The notes: a model not told the origin generated them from the sequence alone. A DNA stretch of 55,314 nt from Octopus bimaculoides (GCF_001194135.2 NC_068981.1:169375742-169431055), one strand, 5' to 3'. Shown: positions 13,589 to 27,670, numbered from the stretch's first letter. Numbers and translations: made by a program.

Positions 13589-13953
13589 CACCTTGGGTAA
13601 GTGTCTTCTATTTTAGCCTCGGGCTGACCAAAGCCTTGTAAGTGGATTTGGTAGACGAAAACTAAAAGAAGCCTGTCGTATATATGTATATATATATGTG
13701 TGTGTGTATATGTTTGTGTGTGTGTATATGTTTGTGTGTCTGTGTTTGTCCCCACCCCCAGCATCGGTTGACAACCGATGCTGGTGTGTTTACGTCCCCG
13801 TGAGCTAGTAGTTCGGCAAAAGAGACCGATAGAATAAGTACTAGGCTTCCAAAGAATAAGTCCTAGGGTCGATTTGCTCAAATAAAGCCGGTGCTCCAGC
13901 ATGGCCACAATCAAATGACTGAAACAAATAAAAGAGGAAAAGAGGAAAAGAGT
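13516..13953 (+). mobile_element. Full-length tRNA-derived SINE with CORE-like segment and (AAAAGAG)n-type tail
   Basis: GGCGCAGGAGTGGCTCTGTGGTAAG head, GGTTCCGGGTTCATTCCC B-box region, GGCACCTTGGGTAAGTGTCTT (resembles the CORE motif GTGACCTTGGGCAAGT), internal (TA/TG)n, and tail GAAACAAATAAAAGAGGAAAAGAG. Collinear with 29958-30360. Confidence 0.9.
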
Positions 13954-14097
13954 ATATGCATTGTTTTTGTGTTTGGTTTGCAATGTTCACAATGTGGATT
14001 CGTGTATTGAACGGAATCTTGTGTTTTGCAATAGTTCACTTTTTACATGTATTTATTTGTATGGATTATATTGGCGTAATGACCTTCACAATACATC

Positions 14098-14144
<47 letters not shown>

Positions 14145-14145
14145 A

Positions 14146-14214
<69 letters not shown>
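14098..14214. repeat. (TATC)n microsatellite
   Basis: Direct reading. Confidence 0.95.
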
Positions 14215-15077
14215 CATACTTATATATTTAACATTACATGTTCGTGTACATCGTATAACCGTGTGTATGTGTAAATGTATAATTATATTTGTATATATTT
14301 TTTCTGTAATTTTGTTGCCAAAATTTTTGATTAACAGCAAGAACAACCGACAAAATGAGGTTTCCTGTGATATTTTTCCAACTGAATTTCACAAATAAAT
14401 CCTTGTGTCTCTCACCATCCCATCGTAAATTCCCAACAGCATTGATAGACTTGCTGTAAAACTGTAACTTACTTAGTAATTGCTTATAAAATATAATACA
14501 AAATTAGATAAATAATCTCCTGACGAAAGACACTTTAAAACTGCTGATATAACTTTAAACGTGGAAAACAAAAGAAGCTTCGACATACAACGATGATATG
14601 ATTATATTTACTCACAAGAACAGGCAACCTTTAAAATTCAAACAGTGGACAACAAAGTTTAAAAAATACTTATTAATATTATATATATAAATATATATAT
14701 CACATATTGACACTAACGAGGTAAACTCCTGCAAATTCAATATATATAAAATAGAAATGAGAACGTTAAAAAACAATGAAAATGAAACTCTTGCAGATAA
14801 AGCATAACATTTTATGAAAACAAATGTTTCTAGGGCAGAATATCTTTCAAAAATGCGTTTTGATGAAACCCAAAATAGAAATTAAAAACAAGAGAAGATG
14901 GAAAGAAAAGCTGCAAATATATATCAAGAGTCACAAGACATCAAAGAACAACAGGAAGTAAAAGTAGAGTAAGAGAGCGGAGAAAAACAGGATGCAAAAA
15001 GTACATCAGTACATCCATACATCTCTCGGTATTCATATATATGTACATATGTAAATATAAACACTTGAACACACATT

Positions 15078-15108
<31 letters not shown>

Positions 15109-17204
15109 NNNNNNNNNNNNNNNNNNNNNNNNNNNNNNNNNNNNNNNNNNNNNNNNNNNNNNNNNNNNNNNNNNNNNNNNNNNNNNNNNNNNNNNNNNNN
15201 NNNNNNNNNNNNNNNNNNNNNNNNNNNNNNNNNNNNNNNNNNNNNNNNNNNNNNNNNNNNNNNNNNNNNNNNNNNNNNNNNNNNNNNNNNNNNNNNNNNN
15301 NNNNNNNNNNNNNNNNNNNNNNNNNNNNNNNNNNNNNNNNNNNNNNNNNNNNNNNNNNNNNNNNNNNNNNNNNNNNNNNNNNNNNNNNNNNNNNNNNNNN
15401 NNNNNNNNNNNNNNNNNNNNNNNNNNNNNNNNNNNNNNNNNNNNNNNNNNNNNNNNNNNNNNNNNNNNNNNNNNNNNNNNNNNNNNNNNNNNNNNNNNAT
15501 ATATATATATATATATATATATACAAGTATGCACACATACACAAATACATGTTTATATAAATGCATACGCATGGGTGTGTGAATGTGTGTGTGTGCGTGT
15601 GTATGTGTGTGTGCGTGTTGTGTATATCTATGCGTATCTAGGTCTACACATATTATGCATACATGCATGTGGAATGCTAAGAGAGCAAGATGCTGGAGAA
15701 AGTAATATTGAATAATTTGTAAATGTATGATTTCATTTTGTGTCAGATCGATAACATTACATGTAGTATTGATTGTATTTGAGTTGTTAAAGGAAAGAAC
15801 AAGATCTCAGGATAGCGAAATAGAATTAATGGAGAAAAGAATATGTAAGCACATGCTCACACACGCATATACACATCATACACATATACTGAGACATTCA
15901 TGAACACAAACATATAAGTCTACGCGCACGCACACATGTCTGCGTGTGTTTTTGTGAATATTTATGTGTGTGTACACGTGTCTACGTGTTTGTATATTTA
16001 TGTAAATCCCTCTAAGAATTACTGAGCTACATTTTCTAGCGGGGACTTACCATAAAACAACAACCATAATAATGATGACGACAAATATATTTTGGATATG
16101 TAGCTATGTGGTGAAAAGAGATGGGCTGTAGGAAGGTAGGTAACGACAAATCAATAACAGAAAGATGACAAACAGTGAATGAAATTGGTAAACTAGATAA
16201 GAATTCGGTGAGAGAAAATGAAGCGAAGAACAGAATTATAATAAAAATTGTTTTTATGAAAAAATGTGGTCCAAATGTGTAGAGAAATGAAATGTTATTC
16301 TCTGAGGTACAGAATAACGAATATAATACACTTTAAACGATAGGGAAAAAAAGAGAACAAAGTCGTATATACACAAACATCCATCACTCACACACGCACC
16401 ATCACCATTACGCGTGTGTATAAGAATATATATATGTATGTATATATCCGTTAGACAAATATATGAAAATAAAAAAAGCGAATATGCCATAAAATTCTCG
16501 AAACGCAGTGACATTTGCAGAATACTTTCAAGGCAAGTGCATTAACAATGGCTGACACACTGATTGCTCTGACGTCACAGTGTTACAAGGAACTTTTCGA
16601 CAGACAATTATTTGAGAGTTACGGGAATATCTGGTTTTCTGCTAGACTAAGCATTTGTTAACGTCACGCCTTGTACTTACTCCACTTCATCTTTTAGTCT
16701 CCAATTTACCAATGTAGAAACGTTGACAGCTGAGACTTACGGACGAATCGCAGTGCAACTCAACATTATTTTCACGTAACATTTCATAGTAATTTCGCTT
16801 AATAACTTATAATCTCCTCTCAAGCGATAATAGCAAGAAAATTTAAACTAATGGTACATTTTCTAATGCTTTCTAAATCATATACATACGTCTATTTTAT
16901 TTTTGTCTGTATTTGTCCGAATGCACATACATACAAGTAGTACCCAAACATTACTCTCTGTGTGATTCTTTTATATAAATTTAACGTTTTTTGTTTTTTC
17001 TCATGAACAATCTTGATGGCATTTTCGTATAAAAGACTACAATTTTACTTATGAATACAAATTCACCTATAAAAGCTACAAGAGCAAATGATAGAGATAC
17101 AGACTGATTAATATCTAGAAACGTAGAAGATATAAAGGCGGCGAAGATAGAGTGGCTAGAAAAGAAAAAAAAAAGATCTGTCTCGGCTAGTCAATAATTT
17201 CCAA

Positions 17205-17281
17205 AGAAAGTGCAATGTATGTTCTCTGCAAGAGAAGCTGTGTGAGATGTGCCACGTCACTCTCGTGCAAAAGACTGCATT
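17205..17281 (+). pseudogene. Possible decayed piggyBac-like transposase C-terminal cysteine-rich domain
   Basis: Translates RKCNVCSLQEKLCEMCHVTL, then after a frameshift (C)AKDCI. This is a CxxC..CxxC..C..C pattern like the piggyBac CRD, but short, with no DDD domain visible. Confidence 0.3.
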
Positions 17282-18434
17282 TCTGTCTGTGTGGTGTATT
17301 CTTGCGACTTTATTTTATTTGAAGAACAATGTTAAGTAATCGGTAGTTTAATCTCACTCCCTCTCTCTCAGTATATATATATATATATATATATATNNNN
17401 NNNNNNNNNNNNNNNNNNNNNNNNNNNNNNNNNNNNNNNNNNNNNNNNNNNNNNNNNNNNNNNNNNNNNNNNNNNNNNNNNNNNNNNNNNNNNNNNNNNN
17501 NNNNNNNNNNNNNNNNNNNNNNNNNNNNNNNNNNNNNNNNNNNNNNNNNNNNNNNNNNNNNNNNNNNNNNNNNNNNNNNNNNNNNNNNNNNNNNNNNNNN
17601 NNNNNNNNNNNNNNNNNNNNNNNNNNNNNNNNNNNNNNNNNNNNNNNNNNNNNNNNNNNNNNNNNNNNNNNNNNNNNNNNNNNNNNNNNNNNNNNNNNNN
17701 NNNNNNNNNNNNNNNNNNNNNNNNNNNNNNNNNNNNNNNNNNNNNNNNNNNNNNNNNNNNNNNNNNNNNNNNNNNNNNNNNNNNNNNNNNNNNNNNNNNN
17801 NNNNNNNNNNNNNNNNNNNNNNNNNNNNNNNNNNNNNNNNNNNNNNNNNNNNNNNNNNNNNTATATATATATAAAACTATCTGTCTCAGTATATATATAT
17901 GTGTGTGTGTGTATGTGTGTGTATATGTGTGCGTGCGTATGTGTGTGTCTGTGTGTGTAGTGGATGTGTGCAAGCATGTCTGGCTATAGAAACTATAGCA
18001 GGATGTTATTCCTTACATTACAACTGCTTATTTTGCCTTAAAACAGCTCTTCACTTAATGTGTGTTATGGTCTATTATTTCACCTTCATATAATTTAGCT
18101 CTCACTCTTTTCTTCTCTACCTTTCTCAAGTTTTCTTATATTTCCTTCATCTTTTCCTCATATCTTTTTTGTTTGTTTGCTTACTTTTACTTCTGTTGGT
18201 TCTTTATTACAATTTTTTTTCTCTTCCAGATTCGTTACATTCTTATCAGTTTTCAAAGCGTTACTTCTTTTTTGGTTCTGATCCTCGAATTATAGTCCTT
18301 GTTCAAAATTAGTTTTGCTTGGCTTACGGCATCCTTAACGGACATGTCTGCCATTCCTCTAGGCCGTTCCAGTTGATTCCATATAGACGCATTTGAACTT
18401 AGTTGCTCTTTAATTCTCAGCAAAACTACACGCA

Positions 18435-18468
<34 letters not shown>

Positions 18469-18517
18469 CGCACGCACGCACGCACACACATGTGTACGCG
18501 CACGCATATACACGCAC

Positions 18518-18548
<31 letters not shown>

Positions 18549-19644
18549 TGTATGTATGTATGTATATGCGTGCGTGTAGTTATATTCGTTAAGTGCCTCT
18601 GGAAATAAAATAGAAAATATTTTGTTGCACAGATATTATTTTTAGTTGAAGTGTGATAACTTATATGTGTCAGACCATTGCGTTGAGTGTTGATAGAAAT
18701 TAGTCAGGTCAAAAAGAAAGTTAGAACGAAAGATATGAAGGAGAAGACCAATTTTAAACAGTGAGAAGTGATCGGGTTAGAAAATTTTATTGAGGCAACG
18801 ATCATATCGTGACTCTGACCCTTGCACTAAAGTGCGTTATCTTTAACTCAAGGAAAAAAAATCATTTTTGTTATTACCTTTCCTGGCCAACATAGCAGAC
18901 GCAATTACTACTTCGCTCGTTGTTATTTACAGAGACTGTTCTATGACTTAACAGTTACATGCTATAATTGTAACCATATAAGCACTTGGGAGAAAGTGAC
19001 AGGACATGTGACATATTTTTTGATATGATCGTCTAATATTCTGTATGTAGTCCTTCTACGGTTGTACATATTGTATGTGGGTAATTGATAGAACCTTAGG
19101 CTCTATTGGTGTTTGGTAGGCTGTATGTAATCTGAGTTCAAATCCCGTCAAGGACACATTTGCCCTTCATCTGCATGAGGTCAGTATGACTTGTACAAAT
19201 TGAGGGGCCTCTATTGATGAACATTTAAGAACATTTCAGCTGATACCCTGCCTTCGCTTTTACAGTTCTTTGCAATGTAATTTGAAACCTCAATTGTTTA
19301 CTTGGTTGATAGACTTAAAGCAGCACACCGTTTCACATTGTCAGTTGTTATATATATATATGATGGATGGGCATTAATATTTAAATAAATACGTGCGTGC
19401 ATTCATCTGTATATATATATATATATATATACTTTAACGTCTTCGTACATTTTCATTTGAGCAAAATCCAAATCCTAGGTGCCCAGTATGTGAGGAATTC
19501 AAAAGCATAGGAATAAAAAGTGAATGAAAGTGAGTGGGAGAGAAACGAAGGCCTAGTAAGGCAGATTTGGAGAGAAAGATGAGAGAGAGAGAGTGAGAGA
19601 GAGAGGGGAGATGAAAAGTTAGAAATTCTAGGGAGGTGTATATA

Positions 19645-19865
19645 TTCTTTTCTACCCTAGGCACAATGCCCGAAATGTTTTGGGAAGAGGGGGAGGCAGT
19701 CGATTAGATCGACCCCAGTACACAACCGGTAATTAATTTATCGACTCCGAAAGAATGAAAGGCAAAGTGGACCTCGGCAGGATCTGAACTCAAAACATTA
19801 AGACAGACAAAATAACGCTAAGCATTTCGCCCGGCGTGCTAATGTTTCTGCCAGTTTGCCGCCTT
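19645..19865 (-). mobile_element. tRNA-derived SINE, second family (GAGGTCGACTTTGCCTTTCAT central domain)
   Basis: Minus strand: AAGGCGGCAAACTGGCAGAAACATTAGCACGCCGGGCG...GAGTTCAGATCCTGCCGAGGTCCACTTTGCCTTTCATTCTTTCGGAGTCGATAAATT. Same family as 22948, 35800 and 46491. Confidence 0.85.
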
Positions 19866-20685
19866 AGGAAGGTATAAATATTGTCTTGCAACAAGTAATG
19901 CTCTGTAATAAGATGCAATAACTGTTTTCTCTGACATTTTATTGCACGGGTTGCCGTTTTATTTTGCATAGATAAATAAAACATAAAAGTGAATCAGGTT
20001 AACAGGATTTAACTCTTCTTGTTTACAAATGGCCTATCTTCAAATTTTTGCCAGGATAGATTTTATTTGATTCTATTCCATAGAAGAAATCGAGATTTAT
20101 AAAATGACTCTAAATAATTAACCTGGCCGAAATGTATCCAAGAGTGACAAAAACAAAATTTAGCAACAGCAAAATAAAAGAGACGCACAGAAAAAAGAAA
20201 AAAATAGAAGAAAAGGCGACCAAAAGTTCGGTTTGCATTTGTAATTCCTTTCTCTTGCAATTTCACTTGTTACACCAAAATGATTTTTATGCATTTTATA
20301 TTTGGATTAATACATTAATTACACGAAAACCTTGTTTGAAGATAAAATACATGAGATGCATTTAGTTATTTGTTTTTAAATTTAGAAACACTGAGTTTAA
20401 ATTAGAATATAATACTTCAATTTAAGACGCTTGACAAATATATTTTGACTTGTTAAATTTTTATTCACTCTTTTATTTCATTTCTTTTATAGTTTTACTT
20501 TGAAATGATGCCTAATCTTAATCTTCCCAGATGTACATGCATCAAAAAAATAATTTATACCGAATAACACAAGCCAACTCAAAGCTATGTATGCATGGAT
20601 TTATTGGCTTAATACTAAATTAAAGTTCAGATTTGAAATATTAAAGGCTTCAGTTTTAATTAATATTTAAATAAAGAAATTAAAA

Positions 20686-20687
<2 letters not shown>

Positions 20688-20757
<70 letters not shown>
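20688..20757. repeat. (TAA)n microsatellite, left flank of the Dong-like insertion
   Basis: Direct reading. Confidence 0.95.
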
Positions 20758-20940
20758 TTGTATGTTATACAAATATATATAACATACAGAAAATTGCACT
20801 ACTGGGCACTGCACACATCCTACGCAAAACACTTTCAATACAGTAACCATAAGAGCATCCCAGCAGACCACAGCATATACCTAAGGCACACAGAGCTGCG
20901 CACGGTAGTGAAGTGAAAGCATATTATAAAAATAAAACTA

Positions 20941-20943
<3 letters not shown>
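20758..20943 (+). mobile_element. 5'-truncated 3' end of an R4/Dong-like restriction-like-endonuclease LINE
   Basis: 20769-20846 encodes TNIYNIQKIALLGTAHILRKTLSIQ*, matching the typical R4/Dong C-terminal signature (QKxxLLGTAxILRxxL). A ~100-nt 3' UTR follows, and (TAA)n lies on both sides. Confidence 0.7.

Positions 20944-20991
<48 letters not shown>
20944..20991. repeat. (AAT)n microsatellite (tail or target of the Dong-like element)
   Basis: Direct reading. Confidence 0.95.
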
Positions 20992-20992
<1 letters not shown>

Positions 20993-21522
20993 TATTGGTA
21001 GGACAATTGCTCCTTTTAAAACTAAATATTTCTTTTTGAATTTGAGTCGCACCACCAGAAACATATTTAATTTAACTTCTTCCATTTAAAACATCATTTG
21101 TTTAGCATGCAAAAACATTATTTATAACATAAGGACACTGTCTCTAGAGCCGCTCAATTCTTCTTCAAATCAAATCTTGCTATCTTAAGGAAACAGAACA
21201 CACACATTGGTTATGTGCCCAAATAGGAGCTGGGGTCATGTTTAGAACACTATCGATTATAGATTTGATCACTAAAAGGGGAGATAGGGCTTAATAACGA
21301 AATAAGTGAATAATCTTTCCCTCTATCAAAATATATCTAAAATAAAATGAATCGTTTTGTGCAAACAGAAGATCTAGTTTAATTGAATAAAGGATTTTAG
21401 TATGGAATATAATAGGTGCTGAATAAATAAAATATAAAATTGACAGTAGTTTTAAAATCAGATCCGTGAGGTAACAAATTAAATATAACAATGTATCAGG
21501 TCTATTATATTAGAGTTTCAAC

Positions 21523-21586
21523 CTGATGTAAACGTTACTTGCGTAAGAAAATATTGATTTCTTACGCAAGAAACGTTTGAACATAG
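21523..21586. other. Isolated near-perfect hairpin (21-bp core stem, 7-nt loop)
   Basis: 21530-21550 AAACGTTACTTGCGTAAGAAA pairs with 21558-21578 TTTCTTACGCAAGAAACGTTT at 20 of 21 positions. The stem extends through ATGT/ACAT and CT/AG with bulges. Confidence 0.8.
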
Positions 21587-22947
21587 AATTTTAAAAAGGA
21601 GGCTTTGGCATTCATATTTTATGTCTTCCTTACTAAATGCATCAGTGACGTTAATGAGATAAAATGGGTAAAACTGGGAATGGAAAGAACATGGATTCCC
21701 TATACCCGAACGTATAAAAAGATTTACGCATACATACATACATACATACATACATACGTGTATGTATGTATTGATTTGTTATATAGGTACCATACCTACC
21801 ATATATAATGTAGTTGGAAATAAGAATGTTTTATGTGCAACAGCTGCATCTGTGATTAATTTTGGCTGTGAAGATTATTTTGTGGGATTCAATCAAATAA
21901 TCATAATCAATATTAATACAGAAACTATTTCAGATGAACACCGAGATAATATGGTTGTTTGATTTTATGGTGTAATTTACAAGAAGGAGTAGGAAAATCA
22001 CTTATTCGAACAAATAATTTACCTTAACAAAACATATCTTTACATTTACATACTTCACATAACTCATAAATTTTCTCCATCATCAGACCACTCAAAACCA
22101 TAGTAATGTTATCTGATAAGTGAGTGATAAGTGTAAAGATGTCTCCGCAAACTATTCATGCAAATATTGTTTATGGGAAAATTTTCACGAACACTACAGT
22201 TTTCTGTAATTTCTTACATAAATGTTTCCAGATCAAGTTTGAATTTGCTGGGAAATTTTCGTTGTTTGTGACGTTTGGGAATAATATTGAATATAAAGCT
22301 CGGCTGATTACACACATGATAGGATTTTGACGTACTATAAAGCGTTGACGTAAACTCTGTCCAACGAGAACAATTATATGTGATTTTGTTATTATTTTTA
22401 TCTTTCTCTCCTGTAAATTGTCTAATGTATCAATTTACCTATTTGTGTATCTACCGGTGTTCAGTGACACATTCTTGAAATGGAAATTATCAACAGAGAA
22501 TACAAAACGCGATATCATAGGATACCAAAATGTCCGATGTTTCCGCCACGTGATTTTCTAGCAACAGCACTGAACGATTGTATATTAGATTTTAACATTC
22601 CACTAAAGTATCGACGAAAGGTTATTTACAACTTTATTTTAACCCTCTAACCTTTATACCCACATTCAATATTATTGTAATACAATTTTTCCCATTAAAA
22701 CAACAATTTTCTATTTTAACCTGCCTCATACTCATATATTTACATATAATATACACAGATAAACTAACGCACGTAGAATATAAAAATATACAATCACACA
22801 CACACACATACACACTCACCCCCACCCCTCCACTTCGTATATAAAACAGGCGTCAAAAATATAACTGACTCTGCAACTGCACTTTTTTTACGCTCCTGAA
22901 TTTCGCTTTTCTGTTCATCAGACGAGAGTATATGACAAACTGAAAGT

Positions 22948-23038
22948 AAAGCATTTTCTCCGTCTTTACATCCTAAGTTGAATTTCCACCGAGGTCGACT
23001 TTGCTTTTCACCCTTTCGGGCTCAATGAAGTTAAGTAC
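22948..23038 (+). mobile_element. SINE central-domain fragment (second family)
   Basis: CCGAGGTCGACTTTGCTTTTCACCCTTTCGGGCTCAATGAAGTTAAGTAC matches 19645-19865 and 46491-46700. Confidence 0.7.
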
Positions 23039-23042
23039 ATAA

Positions 23043-23065
23043 CCATCCATCCATCCATCCATCCA

Positions 23066-23157
<92 letters not shown>
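23043..23157. repeat. Compound microsatellite (CCAT)n-(CT)n-(CTAT)n
   Basis: Direct reading. Confidence 0.95.
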
Positions 23158-23158
<1 letters not shown>

Positions 23159-24374
23159 TTGTTAATTCATGTATATAACATATTTGGATATTGCCTTGAT
23201 AATAATATATATATGAGGTGGTTTAGATAGATATTCTCCATGGATATACGACAATGTATATGTATGCTGATAGGTTCGCAAGTACAATGCATCGAACTAT
23301 AACTGCAATACATTCAATCATCTATTTTATAATTTCTATTAAATTGGGTGTCTTTTGCATAATATTCTGCTTCAAATCTGCATAGTAGCGGTCAGTAAAA
23401 TCCGTATTATAATTTAAATTTGTATTAAATATCTACAATTATTTCTACGATTAAAAGTACATGCACATAAACAAACACACAAATCACTTTGGATTTCAAT
23501 TTACCAAGTTCATACTCATATACTATCATTTTAAGACCATACTTTGCGCCACATTCGGAAAGAGACAGTCAGTATCAGGTGCTGAAATTGATGAAATTGC
23601 ATTGACTTTGCCCGAAACGACGTTAGTAGACTCACAGGAGATATATAAGATAACATCAATAACTACTAAAGCAACACACGAGGAACTTCCGCGTACTTCC
23701 TTGTAAACCTTGTAAGACACAGTACTCTATTTCTTACTAGTAGAGGCCAAATTCACGTTGTAGTTACTTATGCATAGATTATCCGAGCGACACTTTTCAT
23801 TTTTACATGTGATTAACTCTGTTTGCTTATAGAAAGGCAAAGAAAATCATAACAGACAGAAAGGTAACAGAAACAAAATGCGGAATAGTAGAAAAATAGA
23901 AACTTTGAATGACTCTTAGTAGGACAAGAGGCATACGAATATTCGCATATTCGCATATAGATACTTATATAAACAAACATAATGAAATTCATATTCTAGA
24001 TATGAACACACCTACATAGGCATAGATGTTTTGTTAATTAAAATATCGTCAAATATTAAGCCATGAATGTGTGAAATATGAAAATAATACAAGACACTTT
24101 TCAAATATACTTTGTGAAGACAATGTTCAAAGATATATTTTGTCCGGTACTAGCCTTTCTTTTCGTGAGATTATTAACAGAATATTCGTTACTGGACTCT
24201 TAAAACGTCGGTATATTATGGTTATTGGACTCCGTTAAGAAATAATATCACTGGACATTATCGCATCAAGTCCTTAACTTATAGCATCGGTTACTCGGTT
24301 TATATGGTGCATAGGTAATCGAAATCGCAACATTTCTTATGAACGGAAAACTAGTCAATCGAACGGTTATTAAT

Positions 24375-24504
24375 AGCGGAGTGAAATCGAGTAGCGTGAA
24401 ATGAAATGTTTTGCTCAAGAACACAACGCATTGCTCGGTATGGGAAAGGAAACCACGATCTTCCGATTACACGTGCAAAATTCTACCCACTTGGCCATAC
24501 GCCT
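24375..24504 (-). mobile_element. tRNA-derived SINE head fragment
   Basis: Minus strand: AGGCGTATGGCCAAGTGGGTAG...GTGTTCTTGAGCAAAACATTTCATTTCACG, similar to the heads at 1759 and 6752. Confidence 0.6.
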
Positions 24505-27500
24505 ACACAAGAATCAATTCATAACTATTTCAATGATTTCTGAAATCTAAAAATGAAGGGAAAAAGTTCAGTTACTGTTGATAAATATTACACATCGTTA
24601 CATAAATAATCGAATTTCATTTATCTTATTAGTTTCGCTGATCGGACTGTTTTAATGATCGGCAGTACTTTCTAATATTTTTGTCGATTATATTGAATGG
24701 ATATTGTCGATCGAACTATCACTTCTCACAAGCGTTAGTACTTTTGTAACAAAATTTCAGAAATTATTGAAACATAAATATCTCGAAAAATAGGGATTGA
24801 AAACAATAATTCAGACAGAATTTCCGAAAAACATCGATCGGGTATAGCTGCATATGACCACCAGAAAAAGTACATTCTGATCGAAGTATCGTCGCTAAAG
24901 GAAATAAAGTAAGTATCCAGATATGCAAATTTCAAAATAGAGATAAACACAATGTATGTTTAAAAACAATATAATTTTCTGTAATAACAATATGTGTATC
25001 GGAGATCCTTAAATTAAGTATAGATAAATAATTGTCTTAAACCCCAGGTCTTATGCTTATGCACAATGCCGAGAAAACTGAAATACAAACACTGCACATA
25101 TGAATACGTAGAATATATGGAATAAAACTGAAAAATAAAAAGAATGTAAACAAAACACTGCATTCCCGAATCTCACAATGCTGTGCCAGTTAACAAAGTG
25201 AAAATATTGAATGAATTAAGATTACTGAATAATGAAAATGCTGTCATTTTTATATTCTTTCATATTCGTAATAACGATAGCTCTTTCCTTAGCTTCTTTT
25301 ATAACTATGTTATTATTGTTATATAAGTCATATATAGTTTTCCATCCTCTTCGACTAGTGTTCAACTTCGGTTTAGTAAGTGGAATTCATTTTACGGAAG
25401 ACGACTATAGACTCACAAAATTTGGCTAGTATTTTGTTTCTTCCTTTTGCTGAGTTGTTATTGCTTTTGTCTTTCTAATGGATTGATAAGTGTTTTCTTT
25501 ATCAAAAAATTCTGTAAATCTTAATTCTCTACAAATATTTGAGATTTCATCTCGTGCTTCACTGAGGTTAGAATACTGTAGCGTCGAGGTAAATTTTAGA
25601 CCGTTTGAAAGGATTTGGAGTGGTTCGTTCGACAGTTTTTATTTGGAATGATTTATTATCTTAGGTATCTTGCCTTTATCTTGTACCACTGGGCATCTTA
25701 AAATCTTTCTTCTGGACTTAAAAAATGTTTTGTGATTTTTGTTTTTTGGCGCTTGGCTCCTAAGCCTGTGGTCATATATTCTGTTTCTTACCAGTTTTAA
25801 GAAATAATTGTTATCCTTTGTATATCGGAATAAAGTCTGTTCATGTCTACGATAATTTCCCATTATATGTAGATGCATACACACACACACATTTTGGATA
25901 TGCGTTCTTGATAAGAGATTCTTCCACCGTTTCACTTTAAAAATACTAAAGATAAAATTAAGTAAAAATTAGACTAAATAATCTTATGAAATGCGTAAAA
26001 GTAATTTTCAACGTCATCTTTTTATAGCTGTATCAGATAGTTAGAATCCCTTTTTCAGTGCAGCATGCCTATAATTAAATTGAATATTCAGTCGTGATTC
26101 TCGAATGTGTTTCAGCTTTGGAGAACACACTAATAACATCTCAGTTAGATATCAGTATTTACAGATATGGGAATATATCTGTAGATTTGTGAAAGGAATC
26201 AAATATTTCATATGAAGACAACTAGTGAATACTCTATAGTAATGATGTTAATAATGTTCTGTGAGACATACAATTACTAACAGGAAACTAGAAGCTAATT
26301 AACTTGACATATGGATAAATGGACCACGATATCTCCGCTAATGATACAGCTACACATTTGATAAAAGAATATCAGTAATGAGGAGATTTCTTCAACTACG
26401 CATCGTCAATGGACACTAGAACAATATGCTTTATTATATTTTATAAGCCCAGGGTGTTATACTATTGCCAATGTATTGTCTTTAGAGGAAGATATTATTA
26501 TTCAATATTCAAGCAGAAAAATAGACAGGTTGTAGAAAATAGGAATCTTCATAAATATATAGATTTTGAAGAAGATCCTTTCACTAATAAAGCCAATACG
26601 TATTCGCTGCCATACATCTATAAATACAAATTGTTAAAACGAAAATAAAATTGAAACCGAGGGAAAGATTAAAATACTTATTCTGTTATAAAATAAAACT
26701 GGAAATGATCATGAAAGATTCTTTGCATTTTGTCTGACCATGTTGAAAAGCCTCCTGGACGAACATGTTGCTAATTTTCTAGGCGATTATTATGTGATAT
26801 TTAATTTGAATATATCTTTACTTAAGAAATAAAATTTAAAAAATTGTATAAAATAATTATTGAATGAAGTGTCGAAGAACCGTCTAGGGAAATGATAATA
26901 TATCGATGAGGAGCATAGAAAAGTTACGGACTTGAAGATATCGATATCTATTTGGTCTTTATGGAGGATATCTTTTCTATCAGCAAATACTTTGCAGATA
27001 AAAATAGTGGGCTTTACACATAAGCAAACCAGTTATTTTTGATTACACTTTCCGTCATTTATCTGCGTCAATATCATGAGAAAAATGTAAAATTGTACGT
27101 AACCTGATGCTCTTGCTCTTACTAGCGTCGGCAATTACTTTATAAACAGGTATTGCTCTAAGGAATGTTACATTAAACATTCTATATATGTATATATATA
27201 AACCATGACAAACAGTTGCACACAGCAGATGTAACCTTAAGGAAAGTAAATTCACACGCTCAGCTAAATATTTGTCATTAACGAATAATCTTCGAAAAGA
27301 ATACATAAGTGTAAGGAAGTAAATAAATCTATAAATAAAACTACAAAATAAACAAACTATTAGCGTATGAGTAATAATTATGAAAAGGTATTGTAGAAGT
27401 GGAGAAAAATATTTTAGCAATTCAGTTTCCATTAGATAAGCAAGGTTTCGAGGACTATGGGAAAAGATACTTGATTGACTGAACAAAATTGTGAAATATA

Positions 27501-27670
27501 TTAATGGCACTTAATAAAGAAGCATGTGAAGGAAACTCAGACGCTCTTGAAGTTACAGCCTGGGGAGTTTTCAAACCGTCTTCATTTAATGTAGAAATGA
27601 ATGTGGAGAGACAATGAATTGTGAATCGGAAAAACCAAGTGTTGGAGATGTTTAATCTAAAAATAAGGGC

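Noticed and set aside
16051-16103. Possible 53-nt minus-strand exon with a good ATG|GTAAGT donor
   Set aside because: The body is low-complexity (CAT/TTG runs) and open in all frames, so it is uninformative.
16570-16577. Canonical CRE site TGACGTCA
   Set aside because: A single 8-mer is expected by chance in 55 kb; no supporting context.
18328-18425. Possible minus-strand exon LLRIKEQLSSNASIWNQLERPRGMADMSVKDA with a GTAAGC donor
   Set aside because: The acceptor lies in a (TG)n tract without a real pyrimidine tract, and the peptide is not recognised; chance level without RNA data.
22818-22846. CACCC box plus TATATAAAA resembling a core promoter
   Set aside because: Such motifs are frequent in AT-rich, microsatellite-flanked DNA, and no downstream gene is evident.
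26936-26949. 14-nt perfect palindromes (AGATATCGATATCT here; CGTACGATCGTACG near 12170)
   Set aside because: A few of this length are expected by chance in a window this size.
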